From a virus, in the IMG/VR virus record IMGVR_UViG_3300043499_000238, positions 1 to 64,000 of that record: a stretch of DNA of 64,000 nt. The stretch is one strand, 5' to 3'. Below the pieces are notes generated by a model. That model did no database searches and was not told the DNA's origin. It saw nothing but the letters and a program-made list of their open reading frames with translations. The stretch's first letter is position 1. Every line of letters begins with the position of its first letter. Positions 56,341 to 64,000 of the stretch are shown here, piece by piece. Made by a program: the position numbers and the translations under genes.

Positions 56341-56561
56341 CCGAGTACCCGGTGCACGAGGCGGTGGAGGTCTCGTACCAACGCTCGCTGACGATGGACC
56401 GCACGACGTTGCTGACGTGGTCCGAGGCGACGGCCGTCAACATCGATCGGCTGCTCGCCGAGTACCGCAAGGGCCAGCCCAGTGCTGCCATCGAAGCGCA
56501 CCACCAAGCGCTCCAGCTCGTCGGGATGACGCGCGCCATCTACGAGCAGGCCATCGTCTGA
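56313..56561 (+). CDS. Hypothetical protein
   Basis: SD-like GGAGG upstream. Confidence 0.55.
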   Translation: MGWRREKRLTEYPVHEAVEVSYQRSLTMDRTTLLTWSEATAVNIDRLLAEYRKGQPSAAIEAHHQALQLVGMTRAIYEQAIV

Positions 56562-56592
56562 GGTCATGAAACGGTGTCGTACGGTTACCTCT

Positions 56593-56808
56593 ATGAATGT
56601 TCCCGTGATCGCTCGCCAGGTGGCCGACGCCCTCCAGCGGGTGGTCCCTGGTACCGACCTGACCTCCGAGACGTTCGAGGAGGACCGGGTTCGGGTGACG
56701 ATGAACTGGCGCGACGCACTCGTGCTGATCGACTTCATCGAGGAGCACAAGAAGGCGATGAGACCTAGCCAGCGTCAGGTGTCGCTCTTCGGCCCTACCG
56801 ATCAGTGA
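56593..56808 (+). CDS. Hypothetical protein ending in QVSLF motif
   Basis: TACGGT-7nt-ATG. Confidence 0.6.
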   Translation: MNVPVIARQVADALQRVVPGTDLTSETFEEDRVRVTMNWRDALVLIDFIEEHKKAMRPSQRQVSLFGPTDQ

Positions 56809-57242
56809 CGCCGATTGCTGACGAGCTTCATCGGCGGGACGGCGACATACAGCCGGTAGTCCCACGGCCCCAGTGTCTCGCCCGGTCGCTCCCTGAGCGG
56901 CCAGCCAAGCTTGCGTAGGTCGCGCACCCGGCGGAGCGCCTCCGAGCCGTGGACGAGCAGGTCTCTGCCAGGCACCCATTGACGGTTGCGGATCCACAGG
57001 TGCCGCCAGCACTTCCACATCACCGTGCCTCGTACCGCCTCGTACTCCAGCGCCGCCAGGATTGAGTTCCAGGTGCCGTCGTAGTTGGGGCCGACGACCG
57101 CATGCCCATTGCGTTTCGTCTGCAGCTCGAACGTCCCCTCGACATGTCCTATCGGTGCACTCTCCCCGTGCAGTGCATACTCCCGTCCCTGCAGGTCACG
57201 GAAGATGTACGGCTTGCGTTCAGGCACATCGTTGATTATCAC
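56802..57242 (-). CDS. Winged-HTH-like protein
   Basis: GSEALRRVRDLRKLGW....WDYRL. Confidence 0.65.
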   Translation of the reverse strand: MIINDVPERKPYIFRDLQGREYALHGESAPIGHVEGTFELQTKRNGHAVVGPNYDGTWNSILAALEYEAVRGTVMWKCWRHLWIRNRQWVPGRDLLVHGSEALRRVRDLRKLGWPLRERPGETLGPWDYRLYVAVPPMKLVSNRRH

Positions 57243-57274
57243 ACACTCGGAGAGGCCCGTTCTAAGCTGCCCGT

Positions 57275-58861
57275 GTGACGGCAGCCGTACGCGAGATCGC
57301 CGAAGAGCGATACGAGGAGTACGTCGAGGAGCAAGAGGAGGCCGAGGACTTCGTTGAGGTCGACCCCGACTCCGAGGAGTTCATCCACGAGCTGACGATG
57401 CGCTGCATGGTCTTCATGGAGGCGCTGGCCGAGATACAGCTCCACCCCTATCAGAAGGATCTGGCGTACCGCACGATCCAGTCGGTGTTGCTCAACGACG
57501 GCGCCGAGATCACCGCCCTGTGGGCACGCCAGTCCGGCAAATCGACAGCGCTGGCGTCGATCATCGCGACGATGATGGTGCTGCTGCCCAAGTTGGCGGC
57601 CGCCTATCCCGAGCACTTCCCCCAGTTCGCTCGTGGGTTCCTCGTCGGAGTGTTTGCTCCGACTGAGGAGCAGGCGTACACGGTGTGGTCGAAGATCCAC
57701 GACATCCTCACCTGCAAGCGCGGCCGCGAGATCCTCAGCGACGAGGACATCGAGGACGTGCCGCAGAAGGAAGGCTCCAAGGTCAAGGTCGTCCGCCTCG
57801 TCAACAGCGGCTCGCTGTGCCGCATGCAGACCGCCAACCCGAAGGCGCAGATCGAGTCGAAGACGTACCACTTCGTGCTCCTCGATGAGAGCCAGGACTG
57901 CGACTCGGAGAAGGCACGCAAGTCGATCTTCCCGATGCTCGCCTCGACCAACGGCACCAAGGTGTTCACCGGCACCTGCTCGCGCAAGCGCAACTTCTTC
58001 TATGACGCCATCCAGGCCAACAAGCGCAAGGCGCTCCGTCGAGGCTCCCGGCAGGACCACTTCCAGTACAACTGGAAGGTCGTCGTCAAGTTCAACAGCT
58101 TCTACAAGAAGTACATCGCTGGGGAGAAGGAGCGGCTCGGCGAGGACAGTGACGAGTTCCGCCTGAGCTACGCATGCGAGTGGTTGCTGGAGTCGGGGAT
58201 GTTCGTGACCGAGGAGTCGTTGGACTTCCTTGGCGATCCCGGCATGGAGATCCAGCCGTGGTTCGTGGTCGACAAGTGCGTTGCGGGAATCGACGTGGCG
58301 CGCACCAAGGACTCGACCGTCGTCACCGTGATGTGGGTCGACTGGAACAACCCCGACCCGTACGGCTACTGCCAGCACCGCATCCTCAACTGGCTGGAGA
58401 TCCACAACAAGCTGTGGGAGCAGCAGTACGCACAGATCATCGAGTTCCTGTCGCACTACAACGTCGCGATCGTCGGTGTCGACGGTCAGGGCATGGGCCA
58501 GCCCGTCGGCGAGCGCATCGCCCACGAGATGCCGTGGGTCGACGTGCGCATCCTCAGCTCGGACCAGTCCACCCAGGAGAAGCGCTGGAAGCGGCTCAAG
58601 GCGTTGATCGAGCGGCGCATGTTCATCTACCCGGCCGGTCGCAAGACCAAGAGGCTGCGCTGCTACAAGCGCTTCCGGCTGCAGTTCGAGGAGCTGGAGA
58701 CGGCGTACAGCGGCAAGTACATGCTCGCCGCAGCGCCCGAGGCGGTCAACGCCTTCGATGACTACTGCGACTCGGCGGCCCTCGGCGTGGCCGTCACCGA
58801 GGACGAGGACTTCGGCGTGGTGCAGGTGGTCGACTCACCGTTCCATGGTCGCCACCGGTAA
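57275..58861 (+). CDS. terL: Terminase large subunit
   Basis: ARQSGKS, LLDESQD, GIDVAR..DSTV, DDYCDS. Confidence 0.95.
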   Translation: MTAAVREIAEERYEEYVEEQEEAEDFVEVDPDSEEFIHELTMRCMVFMEALAEIQLHPYQKDLAYRTIQSVLLNDGAEITALWARQSGKSTALASIIATMMVLLPKLAAAYPEHFPQFARGFLVGVFAPTEEQAYTVWSKIHDILTCKRGREILSDEDIEDVPQKEGSKVKVVRLVNSGSLCRMQTANPKAQIESKTYHFVLLDESQDCDSEKARKSIFPMLASTNGTKVFTGTCSRKRNFFYDAIQANKRKALRRGSRQDHFQYNWKVVVKFNSFYKKYIAGEKERLGEDSDEFRLSYACEWLLESGMFVTEESLDFLGDPGMEIQPWFVVDKCVAGIDVARTKDSTVVTVMWVDWNNPDPYGYCQHRILNWLEIHNKLWEQQYAQIIEFLSHYNVAIVGVDGQGMGQPVGERIAHEMPWVDVRILSSDQSTQEKRWKRLKALIERRMFIYPAGRKTKRLRCYKRFRLQFEELETAYSGKYMLAAAPEAVNAFDDYCDSAALGVAVTEDEDFGVVQVVDSPFHGRHR

Positions 58862-58885
58862 CGGGGCGGGAACTACGCTGGGACC

Positions 58886-59287
58886 ATGACGATTGCACCG
58901 AACCCGCTCTTCCCCGAGCGGACGTCCCAGGCGTACGAGCTGGCCTTCGCTGCGAACCCTGCGGGCAACCGCGGGGACATGCGGTTCGAGGAGGGCATCG
59001 GCACCGACACTGACGTCCCCAACGACTTCGTGCGTGGAGCGTTCATGGACCCGACCTCGGTTCCCGGGCGGCTCAGCCACAACAACCCCGACATGGTCTA
59101 CAAGAGCGCCGAGGAGACGATGCGCGAGCGCGCACACGTCGGCAGCGCTTCGTGGATCGAGGCGCCAGCGATGCTGAGCGACTTCGTCGCCGGAGCGGGC
59201 GTCGGCCAGACGCCGCCCTCCTTCGAGATGATCCGCGTGCCCGGCACCTACATGTACCGCCGGGCGCCAACGGTCATTGACGACTGA
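58886..59287 (+). CDS. Conserved protein downstream of terminase
   Basis: RFEEGI.TDTDVPNDF...ERAHVGSA.W.EAP; TACGCT-6nt-ATG. Confidence 0.8.
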   Translation: MTIAPNPLFPERTSQAYELAFAANPAGNRGDMRFEEGIGTDTDVPNDFVRGAFMDPTSVPGRLSHNNPDMVYKSAEETMRERAHVGSASWIEAPAMLSDFVAGAGVGQTPPSFEMIRVPGTYMYRRAPTVIDD

Positions 59288-59293
59288 GCTGCC

Positions 59294-59854
59294 GTGGCGC
59301 GCTCGTACAAGTCAGCGCTGCCGACGTGGTCGACGTACACGCCGCACGTCTCCCCGCTCGGGATCCAGGCGCCTGTGAACCAGGAGACCATCTGGCGTAA
59401 TCGAGCGCGCCAGTTCTCGCCTGCTGGCATCCACGGCGAGATGAACCGCGCCATGCTCGGGATCCAGGCACAGGTGAAGGGCACGGGCGCCGGGTACGCC
59501 GCTGTGCAGACGGTTGGCCACACGCCACTCATCGACGCCGCACAGGGCTTCGCCAACCAGCGCCGCGACGCCCAGCGCACCTGGGCGGCGCACATGCAGG
59601 ACTCGCTCCAGCGTCAGGCGCCCGAGGACATGGTCGCCCCCGGCGAGGCGCCTCCGCAGGAGGAGACGCAGGTGCGTGCCGCACGTACCGCACCCGACAC
59701 CGTCAACCCCGCCGACGTGCAGACCCAGGACGCCGCTCGCGGCTCCGCCGAGCAGATGGTCGGAGGCGTGCTGCGCTCGAAGCGCTCCGGCCCGTCCACC
59801 ATCCCCGTGTCGATGACCCAGTCGGGCATCTTCGTACCCACGAGAGGCAGATAG
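59294..59854 (+). CDS. Hypothetical protein
   Basis: ORF with phage codon usage. Confidence 0.65.
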   Translation: MARSYKSALPTWSTYTPHVSPLGIQAPVNQETIWRNRARQFSPAGIHGEMNRAMLGIQAQVKGTGAGYAAVQTVGHTPLIDAAQGFANQRRDAQRTWAAHMQDSLQRQAPEDMVAPGEAPPQEETQVRAARTAPDTVNPADVQTQDAARGSAEQMVGGVLRSKRSGPSTIPVSMTQSGIFVPTRGR

Positions 59855-59856
59855 CC

Positions 59857-60012
59857 ATGGCAGATCAGGACTACGTCGGGCAGCTCGCCCCCGGTGAAGA
59901 GGCGGCCGGTGGGCCGATCGATGAGCCGTACCAGGGCTTCGCTCCGTACATGCACCAGGGCCAGTCGATGAACGAGGCGTTCGCCGAGGGCGCTCAGGCC
60001 GGTCGCTACTGA
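59857..60012 (+). CDS. Small acidic protein (51 aa)
   Basis: ATG 3 nt after previous stop. Confidence 0.5.
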   Translation: MADQDYVGQLAPGEEAAGGPIDEPYQGFAPYMHQGQSMNEAFAEGAQAGRY

Positions 60013-60051
60013 TCGACCCGGCCCGATAGGGCCGTCGCTTACGCTGGGCGT

Positions 60052-60534
60052 GTGGACACCAACTGGGGTATCAGTCTCGTCCGCACCATCGTTGTTCCGC
60101 TCTCGATCGGCTTGCTCGTCTCGTTGCTGATCCCCTTCGGTGGCGGCTCTTCCTCCTTCGTCGGGATCGCAAGAGTCGCCACCATCTTCTCGATCGCCGT
60201 GGCGTGGTATGTCTGCGCCCGTCTGGCCCAGCGCGCACGCCCGCAGCTCGGCTTCCTCCTCGGAGTCTCTGTCCGACCTCGGTACGGAGAGGACGGTGAA
60301 CACGAGCTAGCGCCGTCCCTCCGACGCACGCTCGTGCCGCTCGCCGTCGCCACGGCGGTCGGGTGCTTGGTTGCGGCGTTCATCGGGGGCGCCACGCCTG
60401 CACTGGCCGTCGTGGCGGCCGCACTTACGTACTACGGAAGCCTCCGCTACATCGAGGTCTACGCCCGTCCCTACTCGACAGCTCGGGACGTCGCTGGGTG
60501 GTTCCTCGGCGCCCGAGCTGTCCCCTACTACTGA
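60052..60534 (+). CDS. Membrane protein with internal duplication (4 TM)
   Basis: Two copies of RT(I/L)VP...(L/F)LG...P.Y; TACGCT-6nt-GTG. Confidence 0.7.
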   Translation: MDTNWGISLVRTIVVPLSIGLLVSLLIPFGGGSSSFVGIARVATIFSIAVAWYVCARLAQRARPQLGFLLGVSVRPRYGEDGEHELAPSLRRTLVPLAVATAVGCLVAAFIGGATPALAVVAAALTYYGSLRYIEVYARPYSTARDVAGWFLGARAVPYY

Positions 60535-60543
60535 GGAGTCGAC

Positions 60544-61998
60544 GTGCCGAGGAAGAAGGCCGCAGCAGCGCCAGGACCGATGTCACCGGACGAGCTGCGC
60601 GCCGCATACATCCCCGGCGTGGGGCCGCAGGGATCGATCAACGGCGTCAAGCCGCACCGCACCGCCGCCGGTCGTGAGAAGCAGCGGGCCGCCCGTGAGG
60701 AGATGCACCGCACGATCCCGCAGCAGGAGCTGCCCGAGTCGGGCGAGGCCGTGCGCATGCCCAACCCGAAGTCAGCCAAGTTCCACAAGCCAGCCGTGAT
60801 GAGCGAGGCCGAGTCGGTGCAGGCGGCCAACGCTCGTGCGTCTCGCGCTGCGTGGGAGCAGACGCCCGAGGGCAAGGCGCGCACCGCCAACATGAGCGAC
60901 CTGATGGGCGCCGATGCCAAGGGGATGTCGATCCGCCAGGTGTACGGAGCCAAGAAGGCACCGACGCGCGACCCCGGCCCGGTGACCGGTCAGCTACAGC
61001 TCCCCGGCATGGCCGACCCCCACGCAGCTCCGCGCCCGGCGCGCTGGGAGGAGCTGTCGGAGGCCAACCGCAGCCACGCCCTCAAGGGGCTGGCGCTTCA
61101 CGGCACGAGCATCGAGCAGATGATCGGCGACTATGGAGCGCAGATCGACCAGGCCCACCACCGCGCCTGGCAGGCCGGTGCCGAGCGGCCCTTCTCGCAG
61201 GAGTTCTACAGCGTCGGTGAACCACGCCAGGTGATCAGCCAGTCGGCGCACGAGCTGGGCATCCCCGAGCAGATCCACTCGCACATGAACGCCCTCACGT
61301 CGCCGAACACCAAGTTCAGCCAGCGCACCAAGGAAGGCGAGACGGTCTACCCCAACAACCGCGCCGCCGAGCACGCAGTGCGTCACGTCCAGCAGGGTGG
61401 TGATCCGGCCGACCTGACCAACGCCTTCTCGACCACCGGCATGGAGCGCTGGAAGGGCGAGCACGCCCAGGGCTACGAGAAGAACATGATCAAGGCGGCG
61501 TCGTCGTACCAGCAGCACGAGGCTGGCGTTCCTCCGGCGGAGTGGGTGACCGGCAAGAAGGGCGAGGGTCCGTTCGAGTCATCGCCCAAGACCGGCCCGT
61601 ACTCCAACTCGTGGAACGACTCGCACCCGCAGTTCTTCGTCAGCGACGTGCACTCCGGTGGCGGCGGCTTCCTCCCCCACCTCTCATCGGACAAGCCGGT
61701 GCCGATGGAGGGCGGTCAGATCAAGCGCACCGCCTCGGGCAAGAAGGCGTCGGTGAAGAGCGAGCGCGAGGTCGGCATCGAGCGCACGCCGTTCTTCCAT
61801 GCCGCTGCCGACTACGCAGCGCGCCAGGCGCACGAGGCCCGCGGCATCGCTCACGTACGGGAAGGCCAGGCGGTGCAGTGGGGCGAGGAGCAACTGCAGC
61901 GCGGTGAGGCCGGGATGCGCGGCGCCCCCAAGCAGCGCGACGTCTACCCGGCGGCGGTCAACACCAAGCAGTTCAACCACCCGTCGCTGTTCGACTGA
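60544..61998 (+). CDS. Protein with HhH-GPD glycosylase-like (DUF7178-type) helical domain
   Basis: FY...ALTSP...N...SPKTGPY.N...VSDVHS...QAVQW motif order. Confidence 0.6.
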   Translation: MPRKKAAAAPGPMSPDELRAAYIPGVGPQGSINGVKPHRTAAGREKQRAAREEMHRTIPQQELPESGEAVRMPNPKSAKFHKPAVMSEAESVQAANARASRAAWEQTPEGKARTANMSDLMGADAKGMSIRQVYGAKKAPTRDPGPVTGQLQLPGMADPHAAPRPARWEELSEANRSHALKGLALHGTSIEQMIGDYGAQIDQAHHRAWQAGAERPFSQEFYSVGEPRQVISQSAHELGIPEQIHSHMNALTSPNTKFSQRTKEGETVYPNNRAAEHAVRHVQQGGDPADLTNAFSTTGMERWKGEHAQGYEKNMIKAASSYQQHEAGVPPAEWVTGKKGEGPFESSPKTGPYSNSWNDSHPQFFVSDVHSGGGGFLPHLSSDKPVPMEGGQIKRTASGKKASVKSEREVGIERTPFFHAAADYAARQAHEARGIAHVREGQAVQWGEEQLQRGEAGMRGAPKQRDVYPAAVNTKQFNHPSLFD

Positions 61999-62008
61999 GG
62001 AGACCACG

Positions 62009-62200
62009 ATGAGCAACTACGAGAACGAGCGGGAGATGTGGGACGACATCGCCCGCAACGATCGCCCGAGCGGCCGCATGATCCGTCGGGTCGGTGTGCA
62101 CCCCAGCAACTTCGGCAAGGGACCGGCGCTGCAGAAGAACGCGAGCGGAAGTGGGTACCACGTCAAGGGCGCCCCCGGCTTCGAGGACGATCCCGACTGA
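62009..62200 (+). CDS. Hypothetical protein
   Basis: SD GAGGAG. Confidence 0.6.
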   Translation: MSNYENEREMWDDIARNDRPSGRMIRRVGVHPSNFGKGPALQKNASGSGYHVKGAPGFEDDPD

Positions 62201-62231
62201 TGGCCAGTTACCACTACCCAAGGGGAAGACA

Positions 62232-62450
62232 ATGAAGCAGCTCGCAACCGTCATGCTCGCCGAGATCATGGACTCGCCGGACTTCGCCGAGATCATGTTC
62301 CTCGTGGCGTTCATCCTGTTCGTCATCGAGGTCGTGCGTCTCGCCGTCGGCCGCGGCTCGGCGTGGGACTTCCACTGGATCCTCGTCGTCGCCGGTCTCG
62401 CCTGCATCTCTCTCGGGCTGCTCGCCCTACCGACCGGCGCAGCACCGTGA
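62232..62450 (+). CDS. Small two-TM membrane protein
   Basis: Two hydrophobic helices. Confidence 0.65.
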   Translation: MKQLATVMLAEIMDSPDFAEIMFLVAFILFVIEVVRLAVGRGSAWDFHWILVVAGLACISLGLLALPTGAAP

Positions 62451-62557
62451 CGCCAGCCGTGCTGTCGGCGATCCTCGCTGATGGCATCTATGTCGGCGGC
62501 GGCTTCCTGCTGCTGGTGCTCGTCATCATCCTGATCGTCATCCTGCTGCGGAGATAG
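62447..62557 (+). CDS. Small single-TM peptide
   Basis: GGGFLLLVLVIILIVILLRR. Confidence 0.55.
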   Translation: MTPAVLSAILADGIYVGGGFLLLVLVIILIVILLRR

Positions 62558-62559
62558 CG

Positions 62560-62775
62560 ATGGCCGCCCACGATCATCTCGGCGCCCAGTTCGGTGTCGG
62601 CGACACCGTGCACGTACCAGGCCACGGGCCGGTCACCGTCGAGTCGATGAACAAGCGCTACTTCTCCGGCACCACGGCGTCCGGTGAGCGTCTCGGTCAG
62701 ACCGGCATCGGTCTGGCCGCCGGGCAGGGGATGCGTGGCGGCACCCCGTGGCGGGTCGAGAGAGGCGCCGAGTAG
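62560..62775 (+). CDS. Small KOW/SH3-like protein with MAAHDHLGAQF N-terminal tag
   Basis: N-terminus like the 16695 and 17045 proteins; VGDTVHVPGHGPVTV. Confidence 0.7.
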   Translation: MAAHDHLGAQFGVGDTVHVPGHGPVTVESMNKRYFSGTTASGERLGQTGIGLAAGQGMRGGTPWRVERGAE

Positions 62776-62778
62776 CTC

Positions 62779-63573
62779 GTGACGATCCGAGGCCGTATCT
62801 ACCGAGGGGAGGTGCGCCACGCCGTTCCGACGTACCAGCACCCCGACCCAGCGGCGCATGCGGCCGAGGATCCCGAGGGCTTCCTCCACCAGTGGATGCA
62901 GCCGCACTACCCGTACCCGAAGGGCTGGACCGGCGACGCTCCCACCGTCGGCCAGCACTGGACGCGCTCGCCGCAGAGCATCCCCGAGCGCTTCATCGAG
63001 CCGGTGCTGCTGCGCCCGCAGCCGGGTGTGCCGATGGGCAAGCGTGAGCAGACCGCCGTGATGCGCCGGGAGGCGACCGAGCAGGACACGGGTGGCCCGG
63101 GCTACGGCATGCCCGGCCACGAAGAGCACCAGGAGATGATGCGCAAGTACGCGGCGCATGCCGACCGAGCTGACCGTCAGGGCATCAACACGTACCACGA
63201 TCTCTCCGGCGGCGACCCGGACCGCCCGGGAGCGGCCAAGCCGTACAAGATGGCCGTGGTGTGGGAGGGCCAGCACCATGAAGCTGCCGAGCAAGGCACC
63301 AACTACGAGGACGAGCTGAACATCCCCATGGGTGAGCACGTCACCGTCACTGGTGCGCGCATCTACGTACCGAAGCCAGGCGTGGAGCACGACTTCCGGG
63401 CGCGCCACCCGTCGGTGTTCACGCCCGAGGAGCACGCCCACGCACGGGCCGACGTGATCACTCGATCGGCGTACAGCCACATCGACCCCCACTCGTCTAT
63501 CCCTTGGAGCCGGATCCAGTTCGAGAACGCTCAGCAGCTCAAAGTCGATCGCTACCGGGGAGGGTCGCGCTGA
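62779..63573 (+). CDS. Putative ADP-ribosyltransferase-fold protein
   Basis: IYRG ... GQHWTRS ... EDEL.I..G..V.V (R-S/T-E triad order). Confidence 0.55.
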   Translation: MTIRGRIYRGEVRHAVPTYQHPDPAAHAAEDPEGFLHQWMQPHYPYPKGWTGDAPTVGQHWTRSPQSIPERFIEPVLLRPQPGVPMGKREQTAVMRREATEQDTGGPGYGMPGHEEHQEMMRKYAAHADRADRQGINTYHDLSGGDPDRPGAAKPYKMAVVWEGQHHEAAEQGTNYEDELNIPMGEHVTVTGARIYVPKPGVEHDFRARHPSVFTPEEHAHARADVITRSAYSHIDPHSSIPWSRIQFENAQQLKVDRYRGGSR

Positions 63574-63587
63574 GCTACAGTGATCTT

Positions 63588-63965
63588 GAACGTTGGCGTG
63601 AAGAAGGGGACGAGTTATGCGACAACCGGCTCGCCCTGGAGTAGTCGCTGACGACGGGGTCGGGCCGCAGGCACGCAGGTCCGGTTGGTCCGACCCCGAC
63701 CATTCGATGGAGGGCACGTACTGGTGATCTCGATCGGTGCTGGTGAAGCACGGGCACTTGCCCCTGACGCTTTCCTTGGATGCGACGTACAGCCTTCTGG
63801 TTCGCCGGACTGGCCGAGGCGGGACACCATGGTCTGTCGTTCAGGGAGAGAGACCCGGATGGATCCAGAGACCGACGAGGGCATCGGGTAGGCGTTCACG
63901 GACGTTGAGAAGTGCGGGGGGACCGTGATCCTCCCAATGCGGCGACGTGCCCTCCCTCAATCCAG
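63588..63965 (+). ncRNA. Candidate large structured non-coding RNA (~370 nt)
   Basis: -10 TACAGT at 63576 with no start codon; 11-bp closing stem 63709-63719/63945-63955; 9-bp stem 63655-63663/63690-63698; TTCG-capped hairpin. Confidence 0.6.
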
Positions 63966-63984
63966 CGAGCAGTACGGTTGGTCC

Positions 63985-64000
63985 ATGGCCAAGCACGAGC
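63985..64000 (+). CDS. Start of next gene (truncated by window)
   Basis: TACGGT-6nt-ATG. Confidence 0.5.

Noticed and set aside
63588-63965. tmRNA, RNase P or raiA-motif RNA
   Set aside because: No tRNA-like ends, no GAGGAAAGUCC, and only a trivial GCAGGCA match to raiA; kept as an unknown ncRNA
1-64000. tRNA/rRNA genes, integrase or transposase
   Set aside because: No cloverleaf with T-loop/CCA and no recombinase or transposase motifs found by eye

Overview
This 64 kb window is a segment of a high-GC tailed dsDNA phage of an actinobacterial host; the MerR gene and the secreted proteins suggest Acidimicrobiia/Ilumatobacter-like hosts. Module 1 (1-14.3 kb) is replication/recombination: DnaC-like fragment, DnaB, primase, SNF2 helicase, SSB, family A DNA polymerase, RecA, WhiB, Cas4-like exonuclease and two resolvase-like nucleases, with a Tad1-like anti-defence sponge gene inserted under its own promoter. 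Module 2 (14.3-21.6 kb) holds unknown genes, including four paralogous stand-alone ParB/Srx-like proteins, some with a shared N-terminal peptide tag. Module 3 (22-38.8 kb) is a run of small early-type genes; up to about 32.4 kb they are built as cassettes, each led by a conserved ~45 bp leaderless promoter/operator element. A hairpin- and palindrome-rich non-coding island lies at 39.1-39.85 kb, followed by minus-strand small genes (41.3-47 kb). A host-like surface island (47-54.7 kb) encodes a putative functional-amyloid/fibre operon, a methyltransferase and a mucin-like protein. The terminase large subunit region (55-64 kb) has KTSC, HhH-like and ART-like proteins and a ~370 nt structured non-coding RNA candidate. 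No integrase, tRNA, rRNA or CRISPR array was seen. All family assignments come from motif recognition by eye, not from database searches. Many start codons were refined from the ORF track using -10 boxes and stop/start overlaps.
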